A stretch of 21,273 bases of DNA from Macrostomum lignano (lineage: Eukaryota): NCBI GenBank assembly GCA_002269645.1, contig NIVC01005208.1, forward strand, positions 1-21,273, given 5' to 3'. Every line of letters begins with the position of its first letter. Position 1 is the first letter of the stretch. The position numbers and the translations under genes were made by a program. This document shows, in pieces, positions 8,921 to 20,739 of the stretch. The notes below the pieces were generated by a model. The model ran no database searches and had not been told where the DNA came from. It worked only from the letters and a program-made list of their open reading frames with translations.

Positions 8921-11900
8921 GTGAGTTATTATAGTTTCCATGCATCTCATATCTATCATTTTTCATTAACTTAAACCAGCAGCTTTTCCCAGAACAGTCA
9001 GCGTGTGAGAACGCGTGTTTTTTTCATTTTCATAGCGTTAGTTAGAAATTAGATTTCATGTTTTTCAGTCTGAGAGGTTATTAAGGTTATTAAGACGCAG
9101 TATAGTGAAGAGAAAGTGTTTTTTGTTTTACACACAGGCTTGGAGGCAAGAATGCCTAGGTGGGACCGCCTGTCCGGCTCTCTCACACACAGGTATGTAG
9201 AGCCCCCGTGTGTAGTGTAATGTGTCTCCCCCCAGGGGATGGTTCTTAGTTGGCTAGCGATATGCTGCAGTTTCACCAGGCCCAAACGACACACACATAG
9301 AGGGGCTTGCTGCATCTCTTGACACCTGGAGGAGAGGAGAGGTGATGAAGCAAGGCCAGATAGGGAGGGGGTGCCTGCCACTAGAGTCCTTATCAAGAGG
9401 TGTAAAACGGTTGTCAATCAAACGCTTGGAGGGGGTGGGGTTGTGGGCTCGAGTGGGGGGTCGCGGAGTGAGGTTGTGTTGTTAAGGCCTGTGGCAGCGC
9501 AAAGTCACAGTGCAGCGGGTTGCCAGCACGCAGTGGCTTTGACAATTTTATAAAACATTTGCCCTTGTCGTCTGTCTGCCTGCCAGCCTGTCTGTCTGTC
9601 TGTCTGTGTTCGCGTGGGCGCTATCTGTGAAACACTAGCTATTTTTTACAACACGAAATCTTTCTCATTTGTAGGCCTTCTTTAAGTGTGTTTCTTCTGC
9701 AAGTAAATTTACTTTACCTGATTCGTATATTGTCATTATTAAAAACGGTTTTTAATCTCCAGCAGTGTGTCTCGTATCGGTGCGTGTTTTATTTTTATCT
9801 ACGAGCGTAGAGTAGTTCTTGTCAATTTTTGACAACCTGCTTGGACAGCGTCAGGATGTCTGGCGCCGTTCGGCCAGTGCTCTTGTGAAATAGAGTATGG
9901 ATTCTTTTCTGACGGCTGGTTTTAGGCATTAACAATTCAGCCAATTTTCAGCTTAGCTTATTAAATCAGACAATTAAAATTCAATTTTATGAGTGCCAAT
10001 TATGATTTTAAATCTATGATCCGATAATTATTATAACCGCCCTATGAAATTGCGGAAGCAGCGGACCGATCAATTTGCACCTTTTGTCACACCGACCCCT
10101 CATCCTGTTACGTTTTTACCTGCCAAACTGGATTTTTTGGGGGATGATTTCATCTTATTGAAGTTCGCACCCACTCGAGGCTTTTGGCACCTGCTAACTC
10201 ATTCTGAACACAATTTTTTAATAATATTATTACTCCAGCCTCCTCACTTACTGGTAAGCTTTTTTAATAGTGCGAAAGCTTTTGAGAATACGGATTGGAT
10301 GCTGGCTCGCCGCCTCTTCAGCCTCGAGCCGCTGAGGGCACCGCTTTCCCACTGCCTGCTCCCCCCATCTCCCTCTCAGCAGCAGCTCTTCCCAAATCCC
10401 ACATTCCCCTCCTCCTTTCCCTTCTTACTCTCCCCTCTTCACCCCCTCTCTCTGTATACCAAACTAATGACTTGTGTATCGGTATGTCGGGCGGCCCAAG
10501 CCGAAATCTGATTGACACTTGAAATCGACCAAATCCTGTAGTTGATTGACGCGGCCCTCGCAGGTCGGGGCGGAGCGGGGTTGGGAGGGGGAAGCGCGCC
10601 TCGTCCTCTCTCTGAAGCTATCCCCGTATCCGAATTTGCCAGCTTGCCACCCGAACCACTCCCCCCATCTCTCCCCGTCTCTGCTTCCTCAGCATTTGCT
10701 GCAATAAGTCGCAAATGCACCATCCGCCCGATCCCCCGGGCGACCTCTCGGGGCAAAGCTTTGGAGCCCTTAGCTTGCTCGGCGTGAGGCCACTAAAAAG
10801 AATCAAAAAGGAGAGGGGGCGGGGAGATTTTTTTTAACTGTGTCGAGAAAGGCAAAGCAGGGGCTTTCAACCGGTGGGGTCTGATGCGGCCGAATCTGCG
10901 GGGATATATTATTCCTCAGCGTCCTTCGCAGCGGGAACTCTGCCCTACCACCGCCTGCTTATATGCATTTACTAGTAAGAGAAAATGCATTTCGAATATG
11001 CGCTACCCCGCTGTCCCGACCCAACCAACCCCCTTTATAGATTGGGGGTGCTAGCACTACAGAGGCTAGGGGATAAATAGAAAAATCGCCCTGCACCCCC
11101 CATGGCCCGATGATTTCTCCTTAATGACCGACTGGGGCTCCGCCTATTAATTCACAACAGTTGTATCGCTTGCTGCCATCACAACATGGTTTGCTTAGGA
11201 ATTTTCTACTCTAATTATTATTTTCTTGTAGTATTGCTACGGCTTTTACCATATATAGAAGTTTTTATCAAGCAATCAATTGCACTAGGAAATAGAGATA
11301 TTCCTAGCGTTTGATCCTTTGTTCCTATTTTATCAATGAACAGTCAGTAAACAGTGCAAGTCTTTGTTTACCTCAGTTCGATAGATTCTCTATCTTTTCT
11401 TCTTTTAAAAAAGAAGATTTTCATCTTCACAGAGCCATTATAAAATAGAGTCTGAGAGAGTTAAGCGCTAGTGGCAGAATACAAGTAAACTACACCACGC
11501 CTGTTGCTTATGCAAAACAGTTGTTTCTTTACTTCAAACCTATGCTTCACTTTGGATTATTAAACATATAAATTGTGTAAACAGTTGCTTTGTTAGTTTC
11601 TGGGTACTTAGAGCGCCTCTGCAAGCTCCATAGCTACTCAAACTACTCATTGGTTTGTCTGTCGTTAAGATGGCCCGACGGCAATCAACTTGAATGTCCA
11701 GCTTCTCCTCCCACTCGAGTCATCATCATCATATCTAGCTGTCTTAGGTTATGATTATAAGTGTCATAAATTTATGCATTTGCTATAATATAAGGCATGC
11801 GGGGCGGAGTCGTAGCCAGCCAAGGTAAGACATGGTGTTCTCAATTGTTCTCAAATTGGAGCTTGGAACAGAGGAACACAATATTTATCCCCACTTGTGA

Positions 11901-12609
11901 CGCAGATATATTAGAGAGATAGAAAGTGGGACCAACTTCCCCAGCCGTGCCCTATGGCTTGTAGACACTCGAGTATCTTAAAGGTTAGCTAAGAGTAATC
12001 GAATTTTCTAAACTATAAGTATTTTAAAGATATAATACCATCAGATATTGTTAGTCTTAATTCCTAATAACTGGGTGACGACTAGGGGGATTGAACTATA
12101 TTTGATTGTTAGCCTATGGTCAAGTTGACCGTCTTCTCTGTATAATAAATAGTTATAGTATGTAGTAATAATAATAATAATATGAAATAGTCAAGCTGGA
12201 CAGGCGGGGCAGGCGCTGGCCGGCAGTTTATATTATTTTATACGCAACGCAGCGGCGGCCCCTTAGCCGTAGTAGCTTTCTAGCCAGAGAGGAGCGCCAG
12301 ATGTCTGTTGTCTATGGCATGGACCCCGACTGCGACAGGGGAGAGAGAAAGTGGCGGATGTGGGAGGAACGGAACTGCAGGCCGCCTCCCCTTGTGGTGG
12401 TGCGGGTCCGTGAAGTGTCTGATTAAAAATGCATCGAATATATTCGACTAGGCATGCCTTGGCTCTAGATTCTGTGAACCGTTTCCCCCATGTTGTTGAG
12501 CAGCCATTAACTATAGATGAAATATTGAAGGAATTGTCGTCCGTCCGTCGGGCATTAAAAGTTGGCGACTGCGATCCCGCCGCGCCGCGCCGCCCCGCCC
12601 CGCCCCACC

Positions 12610-12632
12610 CTCTCTCTCTCTCTCTCTCTCTC
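12610..12632. repeat. (CT)n microsatellite
   Basis: About 11 CT units. Similar shorter runs occur near 2622-2639 and 14463-14478. Confidence 0.85.
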
Positions 12633-12904
12633 AACCTGCTGGTGGTCACCCCTGTAGCGCTCAGGTGTCTGTCTGTCTCTAATGGCCAGGTGAAAGTCGA
12701 ATTTGCAGGTATGAGTGGACACGCGACAGAAATTTGGGAATCAAATAATATAGGCAAAAGACATAGTTTTTAGGATCCGGGTTGGCAGACATATACCAAC
12801 AGGACCCCTTGACGACAAAAAATTGCTATATCACCGTTAAACTTTTGAGTTTTGATTTTATTAATTTTTAAATAGAATAGTGATAGTACACGTAAAAATC
12901 TATC

Positions 12905-13577
12905 GGCGCTAAACTGGCGCTAAAGTCTCGCCTTTGGCGCTAAAATCTTGCTTTTGGCGCTAAATTGGCGCTGAAATCTCGCCTTTGGTGCTAGAATCTC
13001 ACATTTGGCGCTAAATTGGCGCTCAAATCTCGATTTTGGTGCTAAATTGATGCTAAAACCTTGTCTTTGGCGCAAATTTTGGCGCTAAAATCTCATTTTG
13101 GCGCTAAAAACTCACCGTTGGCGCTAGAATCTCATCTTTGGCGCTAAAATCTAATCTTTGGCGCTAAAATCTCACTGTTGGCGCTAAAATCTCATCTTTG
13201 GCGCTAAAATCTCATCTTTGGCGCTAAAATCTTACCGTTGGCGCTAAAATCTGACGGTTGGCGCTAAAATCTCATTTTGGCGCTAAAAACTCACCGTTGG
13301 CGCTAGAATCTCATCTTTGGCGCTAAAATCTAATCTTTGGCGCTAAAATCTCACTGTTGGCGCTAAAATCTCATCTTTGGCGCTAAAATCTCATCTTTGG
13401 CGCTAAAATCTTACCGTTGGCGCTAAAATCTGACGGTTGGCGCTAAAATCTCACCTTAGGCGCTAAAATATCATATTTGGCGCTAAAATCTCATTTTGGC
13501 GCTAAAATCTCACCGTTGGCGCTAAAATCTCATCTTTGGCGCTAAAATCTCGTTTTTAGCACTAAATTGGCGCTCAA
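12905..13577. repeat. GGCGCTAAA-family minisatellite, ~20-bp unit (TGGCGCTAAAATCTCATCTT)
   Basis: About 35 GGCGCTAAA-like cores. An exact 179-bp nine-unit block is duplicated (13081-13259 = 13260-13438). 11-bp GGCGCTAAATT subunits occur at the array edges. Confidence 0.96.
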
Positions 13578-15451
13578 ATATTCTGTTCACTGACTGAGAA
13601 CGGAGATTGGCAAAATGGTTTGCTAATTATTAATTGTCTGGTCAGAATGTAATTTTATTCCTTAAATTGTCTGGAAATTCCCTAAAGCTCCTTTACAAGC
13701 TCCCGTTTACAGCATAATTAGTGCAGTGGCTGGCTTCATTAAATTTATAGATGACAACAGATGATAGTAGTTCTTTACGCGCTTTTTCTCCCCAGTTATT
13801 TTTTTCAAGCCTACGCTCGTATAGTATTCGTAGTTCCCTACTGCTAAAAATTCAGATTTTTTTGCTGTAGGCAATGATGCAAATTCAATTATAGAGAGAA
13901 TAATTGTTGTAAGTAATTCTCCCTAATGACCAAATTAAGTGGCAAAGGGTTTGACTAGATTCCTGTTAAAAGAAAAAAACCTTAATTACGCATCTGTGCC
14001 TGAAGGTGAGGTGCGAGAGAAAAAACGGCAAATGTTAAAACGGGTTTAAAAGCCAAATGCTTTTATAACTGGGTTTTTTCCCCTGCGCTTCGGCTTGAAA
14101 AAATATGACACGCGAAATCAGATTCTGGGAATCTTGCGAGCCCCAAGGTTTCTTTATAAGGTGGTCGGTAGGAAGATGGTTTATTAACACGCTTATGTTA
14201 GAGTGAGAGAGAGAGTGTGTGAGTGATATATGGCTGATAGGTAGACGCGCACGAGAGGTCCCACAGCGCGGCGCTGCTGACACCAAATCTTTGGTTTGGT
14301 TCGGGCCGGGCACAGATTTGCGGCATCGATAACTAAAGCCAAGTGTGCGAGAGCAGCGCGCGCAAACATCGCATCTAAGGAAGGAGAAGAAGCTGTCTTG
14401 ACATCGCATTAAAAACTGCGCTTGCGGCGGCGCAAAACTAATACAAAATAGTTATGGAAGCATCTCTCTCTCTCTCTCTGACTGATGGACACCTAGGATG
14501 GAGAGGATGGGCCGGCTGGGCAGCAGCGGGGGTTATTTTTATCTTTCGGTTCACTTTTTCTTGCCAGAATTTCACAGCTGTGTTATGCGATGGAGATACG
14601 CGAGAGGAGGGGGCAGGAGCCGGAGGAGTGAAAGTGAGCCAGGGGCGGCTGCGGGGGGCACCTGAAAGTCTTGATGGCTTCCTTCAGATGGCTTATTCTG
14701 CCTCCACCCCTTCAAACTAACTGGATAGCGCAGCCTCACTGTTTCACTTCTCTGTCTCTATCTGGCTTTGAACAGGCTATTGCCTTCTTTCTTCTTTCGC
14801 GTGTCTTCTTCTTTTTCTAATCTAATCGTCTGTTTTGCCGGATCGCAGCCTCCAACCCCCAAAGCCGTGTTGCCTGCCTGTTCGCAGCGTTTTGTTTCCT
14901 GTGCTGGCAAAGCTGTGATCAGCTGCAGCAGCCATTTTGCCCGGCTACTGCTTGCCGCTGGATTGCCCACCCAAGGTGTGGCGGCGCCCGCTTGCCCTGG
15001 GGATGGCTGAGGTTGGGACCTCCGCAACAGATAGCTCGTATATGGAGCTGTTATAGTTAAGAGATTGGCAATCTCTCTATTCAATCTGTCCGCTTGTGTG
15101 CGCGTGTGTGTTCCTGCGGCTGCAGTTCAGCTGACAGGGAAAGTGGAAAATTGTTTGGAATGAACAGAAGTCAGGGAGAGACCTTTATGGTTCTGACAGA
15201 AAAAAAAATTTGCGACACATTTTTGCAGCTTGTATATTTGCTGGCAAAGTGTTGAAAACAATTTTTCGAGGTTTTTTAACTCTTAAAAATCTTTGCGTCG
15301 AAAATCTTTTGGTTTTGTGATTTTTTGGCTTCTTGGCATATAACAGCGGCAACACAGCACGCTGTTATAAGAGGTCTTGATGAACAGCGCCACAGGGCGC
15401 ATATGTGCGTCAGGCAGCAGCACCTCTTCCACCGGCTGTGGACAGTAGGGC

Positions 15452-16905
15452 TCAAGCACTGGCACAAGCGCACAGATTGATAATCAAGCACCGGCACAAG
15501 CGCACGCAGATTGATAATCAAGCACCGGCACAAGCGCACGCAGATTGATAATCAAGCACTGGCACAAGCGCACGCAGATTGATAATCAAGCACTGGCACA
15601 AGCGCACGCAGATTGATAATCAACCACTGGCACAAGCGCACGCAGATTGATAATCAACCACTGGCACAAGCGCGCAGATTGATAATCAAGCACTGGCACA
15701 AGCGCGCAGATTGATAATCAACCACTGGCAAAAGCGCACGCAGATTGATAATCAACCACTGGCACAAGCGCACGCAGATTGATAATCAACCACTGGCACA
15801 AGCGCGCAGATTGATAATCAAGCACCGGCACAAGCGCACGCAGATTGATAATCAAGCACTGGCACAAGCGCACGCAGATTGATAATCAAGCACTGGCACA
15901 AGCGCACGCAGATTGATAATCAACCACTGGCACAAGCGCACGCAGATTGATAATCAACCACTGGCACAAGCGCGCAGATTGATAATCAAGCACTGGCACA
16001 AGCGCACGCAGATTGATAATCAACCACTGGCAAAAGCGCACGCAGATTGATAATCAACCACTGGCACAAGCGCACGCAGATTGATAATCAACCACTGGCA
16101 CAAGCGCACGCAGATTGATAATCAACCACTGGCACAAGCGCGCAGATTGATAATCAAGCACTGGCACAAGCGCGCAGATTGATAATCAACCACTGGCAAA
16201 AGCGCGCAGATTGATAATCAAGCACCGGCACAAGCGCACGCAGATTGATAATCAAGCACTGGCAAAAGCGCGCAGATTGATAATCAACCACTGGCAAAAG
16301 CGCGCAGATTGATAATCAAGCACTGGCACAAGCGCGCAGATTGATAATCAACCACTGGCAAAAGCGCGCAGATTGATAATCAAGCACTGGCACAAGCGCG
16401 CAGATTGATAATCAAGCACTGGCACAAGCGCACGCAGATTGATAATCAACCTTTGGCACAAGCGCGCAGATTGATAATCAACCACTGGCACAAGCGCACG
16501 CAGATTGATAATCAAGCACTGGCACAAGCGCACGCAGATTGATAATCAACCACTGGCACAAGCGCGCAGATTGATAATCAAGCACTGGCACAAGCGCGCA
16601 GATTAATAATCAACCACTGGCAAAAGCGCGCAGATTGATAATCAAGCACTGGCAAAAGCGCGCAGATTGATAATCAACCACTGGCAAAAGCGCGCAGATT
16701 GATAATCAAGCACTGGCACAAGCGCGCAGATTGATAATCAACCACTGGCAAAAGCGCGCAGATTGATAATCAAGCACTGGCACAAGCGCGCAGATTGATA
16801 ATCAAGCACTGGCACAAGCGCACGCAGATTGATAATCAACCTTTGGCACAAGCGCGCAGATTGATAATCAAGCACCGGCACAAGCGCACGCAGATTGATA
16901 ATCAA
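15452..16905. repeat. 34/32-bp minisatellite, ~44 units (CACTGGCACAAGCGC[AC]GCAGATTGATAATCAA[G/C])
   Basis: Direct periodicity. Exact higher-order offsets of 300 bp (15541 vs 15841) and 390 bp (16321 vs 16711). Confidence 0.98.
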
Positions 16906-17901
16906 ACATGATAGTGATTGAGGTCAAAATTGTCACACAGGTCATAATGGTTTTGCGCGCTAAACTTGCTAAAAAATACGCATGCGCACTTATTCAGACC
17001 TCCCGCGCCGGAATTTCAGCACATTCTTCGCCCTAGCAACTAAATATATAGATATGGCAGACTAAAACGAAATTGGCATTAGAATTGGATTTTTAAATTG
17101 ACAAGCATGCAGAACATCTATCAGGGGTTTCTATCAGGCCATGAATCTAACTATATCTAACATGTGTAATGCTTGCAGATGAGTTGCAGTGTATTGCGAG
17201 CAATTGCCAATGCTAGGCATGCTTGGGATAAGTGGACGAGAAGTAAACAGATACAGCAGTGGCTGCTCTCCGCGTCTTAGGCTTAGGAGACACTTCTTCA
17301 CCAAGTGTTGAAGTGTCAGCCTTGGTGATAAAATATGAATTTCATTCCCTACCCTGCCTCTCTTCTGCTGCCTGTTTGAGAAAATTAACTCAAAACTGAT
17401 GGCGCCTTGTAAAGGAGAATTGCCCACGGTTTTTATCCTTTATTTCTTTCTCCCTCTGTGTTAGCCGGGAAGGGGGGGGGGCTGCACACTCGAGGCAATG
17501 CCTTAGTAGGGTATGTGTGCGTACGGGCTTGTACAAATATTGAATCATTTCGGCATCAATTCTCGCTCTGGTCGAGGAGATGAGGGTGATGGGGCGCCTT
17601 ATCGGAAGAATTGTAGGGCTTAACAGTTTTTGAGTAAGTCAGTTGTAACTCGTGCGACGGTATCTGTCTTCTGTGTTTCTAACGCTAGTTCAAGGTGGCG
17701 GCCCCGAACCCGAAACCTGAGTAGCAACTCTTCTCCAAACACACATTTTCAGGCAGGCTGACTGCAAGTTTTCTCAGTTTCGACTTCTGCTTGGTCAAAC
17801 TGAATTTTTGTGAAGCTATCTAAGAAGTAGCTTCATATTTTCTATTTTATACGATGATATTCGCACACGGGCTAGTTATTTGGCACAAAATGAAACCATT
17901 G

Positions 17902-18867
17902 CAGTGGTGTAGTCAAGGGGGTCAGAGGGGTCGCAACCCCCAGATTGCTGACCAGTAAAATTTTGGGTCTTAGTTTTTGCAATTGTTAGAAAAAGGTTGT
18001 GGTACGAGGCACGACTTTATAAGCTAAAATCTCGCCTTTGGCGCTAAATTGGCGCGTAAGTCCACTTTGGCGCTAAATTGGCGCCCAAATCTTCCATTCG
18101 GCGCTAAATTGGCGCTAAAGTCTTTCATTCGGCGCTAAATTGGCGCTAAAATCTTCCATTCGGCGCTAAATTGGCGCTAAAGTCTTTCATTCGGCGCTAA
18201 ATTGGCGCTAAAATCTTCTATTCGGCGCTAAATTGGCGCATAAGTCTTTCATTCGGCGCTAAATTGGCGCTAAAATCTTCCATTCGGCACTAAATTGGCT
18301 CTTAAGTCTTTCATTCGGCGCTAAATTGGCGCTAAAAACTTCCATTCGGCACTAAATTGGCGCTAAAGTCTTTCATTCGGCGCTAAATTGGCGCTAAAAT
18401 CTTCCATTCGGCACTAAATTGGCGCTAAAATCTTCCATTCGGCACTAAATTGGCGCTAAAATCTTCCATTCGGCACTAAATTGGCTCTTAAGTCTTTCAT
18501 TCGGCGCTAAATTGGCGCTAAAATCTTCCATTCGGCACTAAATTGGCGCTAAAGTCTTTCATTCGGCGCTAAATTGGCGCTAAAATCTTCCATTCGGCGC
18601 TAAGTTGGCGCTAAAGTTTCATTCGGCGCTAAATTGGCGCTAAAATCTTCCATTCTGCGCTAAATGGGCGCTAAAGTCTTGCATTCGGCGCTAAATTGGC
18701 GCTAAAATCTTACATTCGGCGCTAAAGTATGTTCTACTGACAGGAATCTGGAACTCTGCCCCCCCCCCTCCCCGACATTATGTTACAATGGCATTGACTC
18801 CGGGTGTTGTGGCTCTGGCTCGTGACCACCCCTTCCCCAGATGAAAATCCATCTGACTAAGCCACTG
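17902..18867. mobile_element. Non-autonomous hAT-like element (MITE) carrying an internal minisatellite
   Basis: Imperfect TIRs: CAGTGGTGTAGTCA at 17902 versus the reverse complement of TGACTAAGCCACTG ending 18867 (12/14 identical). G-rich/C-rich subterminal tracts. Flanking 8-mers AACCATTG and AGTTATTG match 5/8 and all three differences are transitions, as expected for a decayed 8-bp TSD. Superfamily assignment is from terminus style only. Confidence 0.7.
18023..18727. repeat. GGCGCTAAA-family minisatellite, 31-bp composite unit (11-mer GGCGCTAAATT + 20-mer GGCGCTAAAATCTTCCATTC), partly a 62-bp dimer
   Basis: AATCTTCC and AGTCTTTC variants alternate (TCTTTCATTC at 18121 and 18183). Lies inside the MITE. 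Confidence 0.96.
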
Positions 18868-19691
18868 AGTTATTGCAATCAAAATCTGTCAAGGAATGTT
18901 AAAACTGTCTGCATCGTTAACTTTTTTGTTTTCACTTTGAAAATTTAAACAATAAATTTAGATTGCAATCCAAGATCTCAGAAGAAGTAATACTGTAGTT
19001 GTTACAGGTTTTTAATGGGGCCTCTTTATTCGCTATCTGTCTCAAAGTTTGTGTCAACAATTGAGCTAAAAGGCCAAGCCACAGCGGATCTCTTGGTAAT
19101 TTGTTATCTCGGCTTGTTGCGAAGGCATAGACGGCATTTTCAATGCGAGCGTGGCTTTTATATTTGACTAAACTGGAAGGCCTGCTGTTAGCCCTGTTTA
19201 TAAGGGGCCGGGACTCGTGACCTGCGGTCTTGAACCTGTTTGCTTGATCTGAGAGTGTGTGCTTATACGAGCGTATAGGGTGGAGTAGGGCAATGTATAT
19301 AAGGCATGGGTAATCGGCTGGCTCTTTTGTTAATAAATAGAATTACATTTTGTCAATAAAGTGTTGCAAGCGTAGGGCTTAGAAACCCGGCTTGGCCTGC
19401 CCTCTGACCTCTGAGTCTCCGGGGCCTCGACAGCTTGCGGCTTGTTTTACTGTTATTTAGGCATCCCCATATGCCACCTCCCTATATGCATTTATAACAT
19501 TGCCAACCGCATAGGCAACAACTGGCCTAGATGTGCCGGGCGCGCATCTGATTTTTGATTTATTTTTTTCACACGCCAGTCCTTCGTTAACTTGGTAACG
19601 ATGTGTCACCACAGGGGGGTTACCCTTGTGCGCTTGTAACTCTCGGTGTGTTTACGCATATTCCCGGCTGGGAATAAGTTCGCTGGGGCGC

Positions 19692-20670
19692 TTTCACAGA
19701 CAAGAAGCTTCACAAACTAGAAGCTTCACAAGCTAGAAGCTTCACAAACTAGAAGCTTCACAAACAAGAAGCTTCACAAACTAAAAGATTCACAAACTAA
19801 AAGCTTTACAAACTAAAAGCTTCACAAACTAAAAGTTTCACAAACTAGAAGCTTCACTAACTAGAAGCTTCACAAACTATTCTAGAAGTTTCACAAACTA
19901 AAAGCTTCACAAACTAGAAGCTTCACAAACTATTCTAGAAGTTTCACAAACTAAAAGCTTCACAAACTAGAAGCTTCACAAACTAGAAGCTTCACAAACT
20001 AGAAGCTTCACAAACTAAAAGCTTCACAAACTAAAAGCTTCACAAACTAAAAGCTTCACAAACTAGAAGCTTCACAAACTATTCTAGAAGTTTCAAAAAC
20101 TAGAAGCTTCACAAACTAGAAGCTTCACAAACTAGAAGCTTCACAAACTAGAAGCTTCACAAACTAGAAGCTTCACAAACAAGAAGCTTCACAAACTAAA
20201 AGATTCACAAACTAAAAGCTTTACAAACTAGAAGCTTCACAAGCTAGAAGCTTCACAAACTAGAAGCTTCACAAACTAGAAGCTTCACAAACTAGAAGCT
20301 TCACAAACTAAAAGCTTCACAAACTAGAAGCTTCACAAGCTAGAAGCTTCACAAACTAGAAGCTTCACAAACTAGAAGCTTCACAAACTATTCTAGAAGT
20401 TTCACAAACTAAAAGCTTCACAAACTAGAAGCTTCACAAGCTAGAAGCTTCACAAACTAGAAGCTTCACAAACTAGAAGCTTCACAAACTAGAAGCTTCA
20501 CAAACTAAAAGCTTCACAAACTAGAAGCTTCACAAACTAGACGCTTCACAAGCTAGAAGCTTCACAAACTAGAAGCTTCACAAACTAAAAGCTTCACAAA
20601 CTAGAAGCTTCACAAACTAGACGCTTCACAAGCTAGAAGCTTCACAAACTAGAAGCTTCACAAACTAGAA
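19692..20670. repeat. 16-bp minisatellite, ~60 units (AGAAGCTTCACAAACT), with four 21-bp ATTCT-insertion variants
   Basis: Direct periodicity, HindIII site in most units, variants ATTCTAGAAGTTTCA at 19879, 19932, 20081 and 20390. Confidence 0.98.
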
Positions 20671-20739
20671 ACCAGGCGCGTCTGCTCCTGAAACATCAGT
20701 TGGCTTTAGGGAGAAATTTTCTCACGGCAATCGCCGACA

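Noticed and set aside
10044-10806. Cluster of ORFs in the GC-rich intronic island
   Set aside because: Low-complexity Pro/Gly/Arg translations on both strands with no domain. A regulatory role explains the region better.
12429-12773. ORF with PLTIDEILKEL, faintly like a LINE reverse-transcriptase leader
   Set aside because: The expected KAPGxDG motif is missing and the ORF runs through a CT microsatellite.
15276-16533. Minus-strand ORFs 15276-15539, 15283-15465 and 16348-16533
   Set aside because: They derive wholly or partly from the 34/32-bp array.
19517-19525. AAC AAC TGG (NNW) as homeodomain helix 3
   Set aside because: Context reads IGNNWPRC, not LQVNNW followed by a donor or FINARRR, and no HPYP lies upstream in frame.
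5059-20670. Tandem arrays as CRISPR arrays
   Set aside because: Units are head-to-tail with no unique spacers, there are no cas genes, and the context is a spliced eukaryotic gene.
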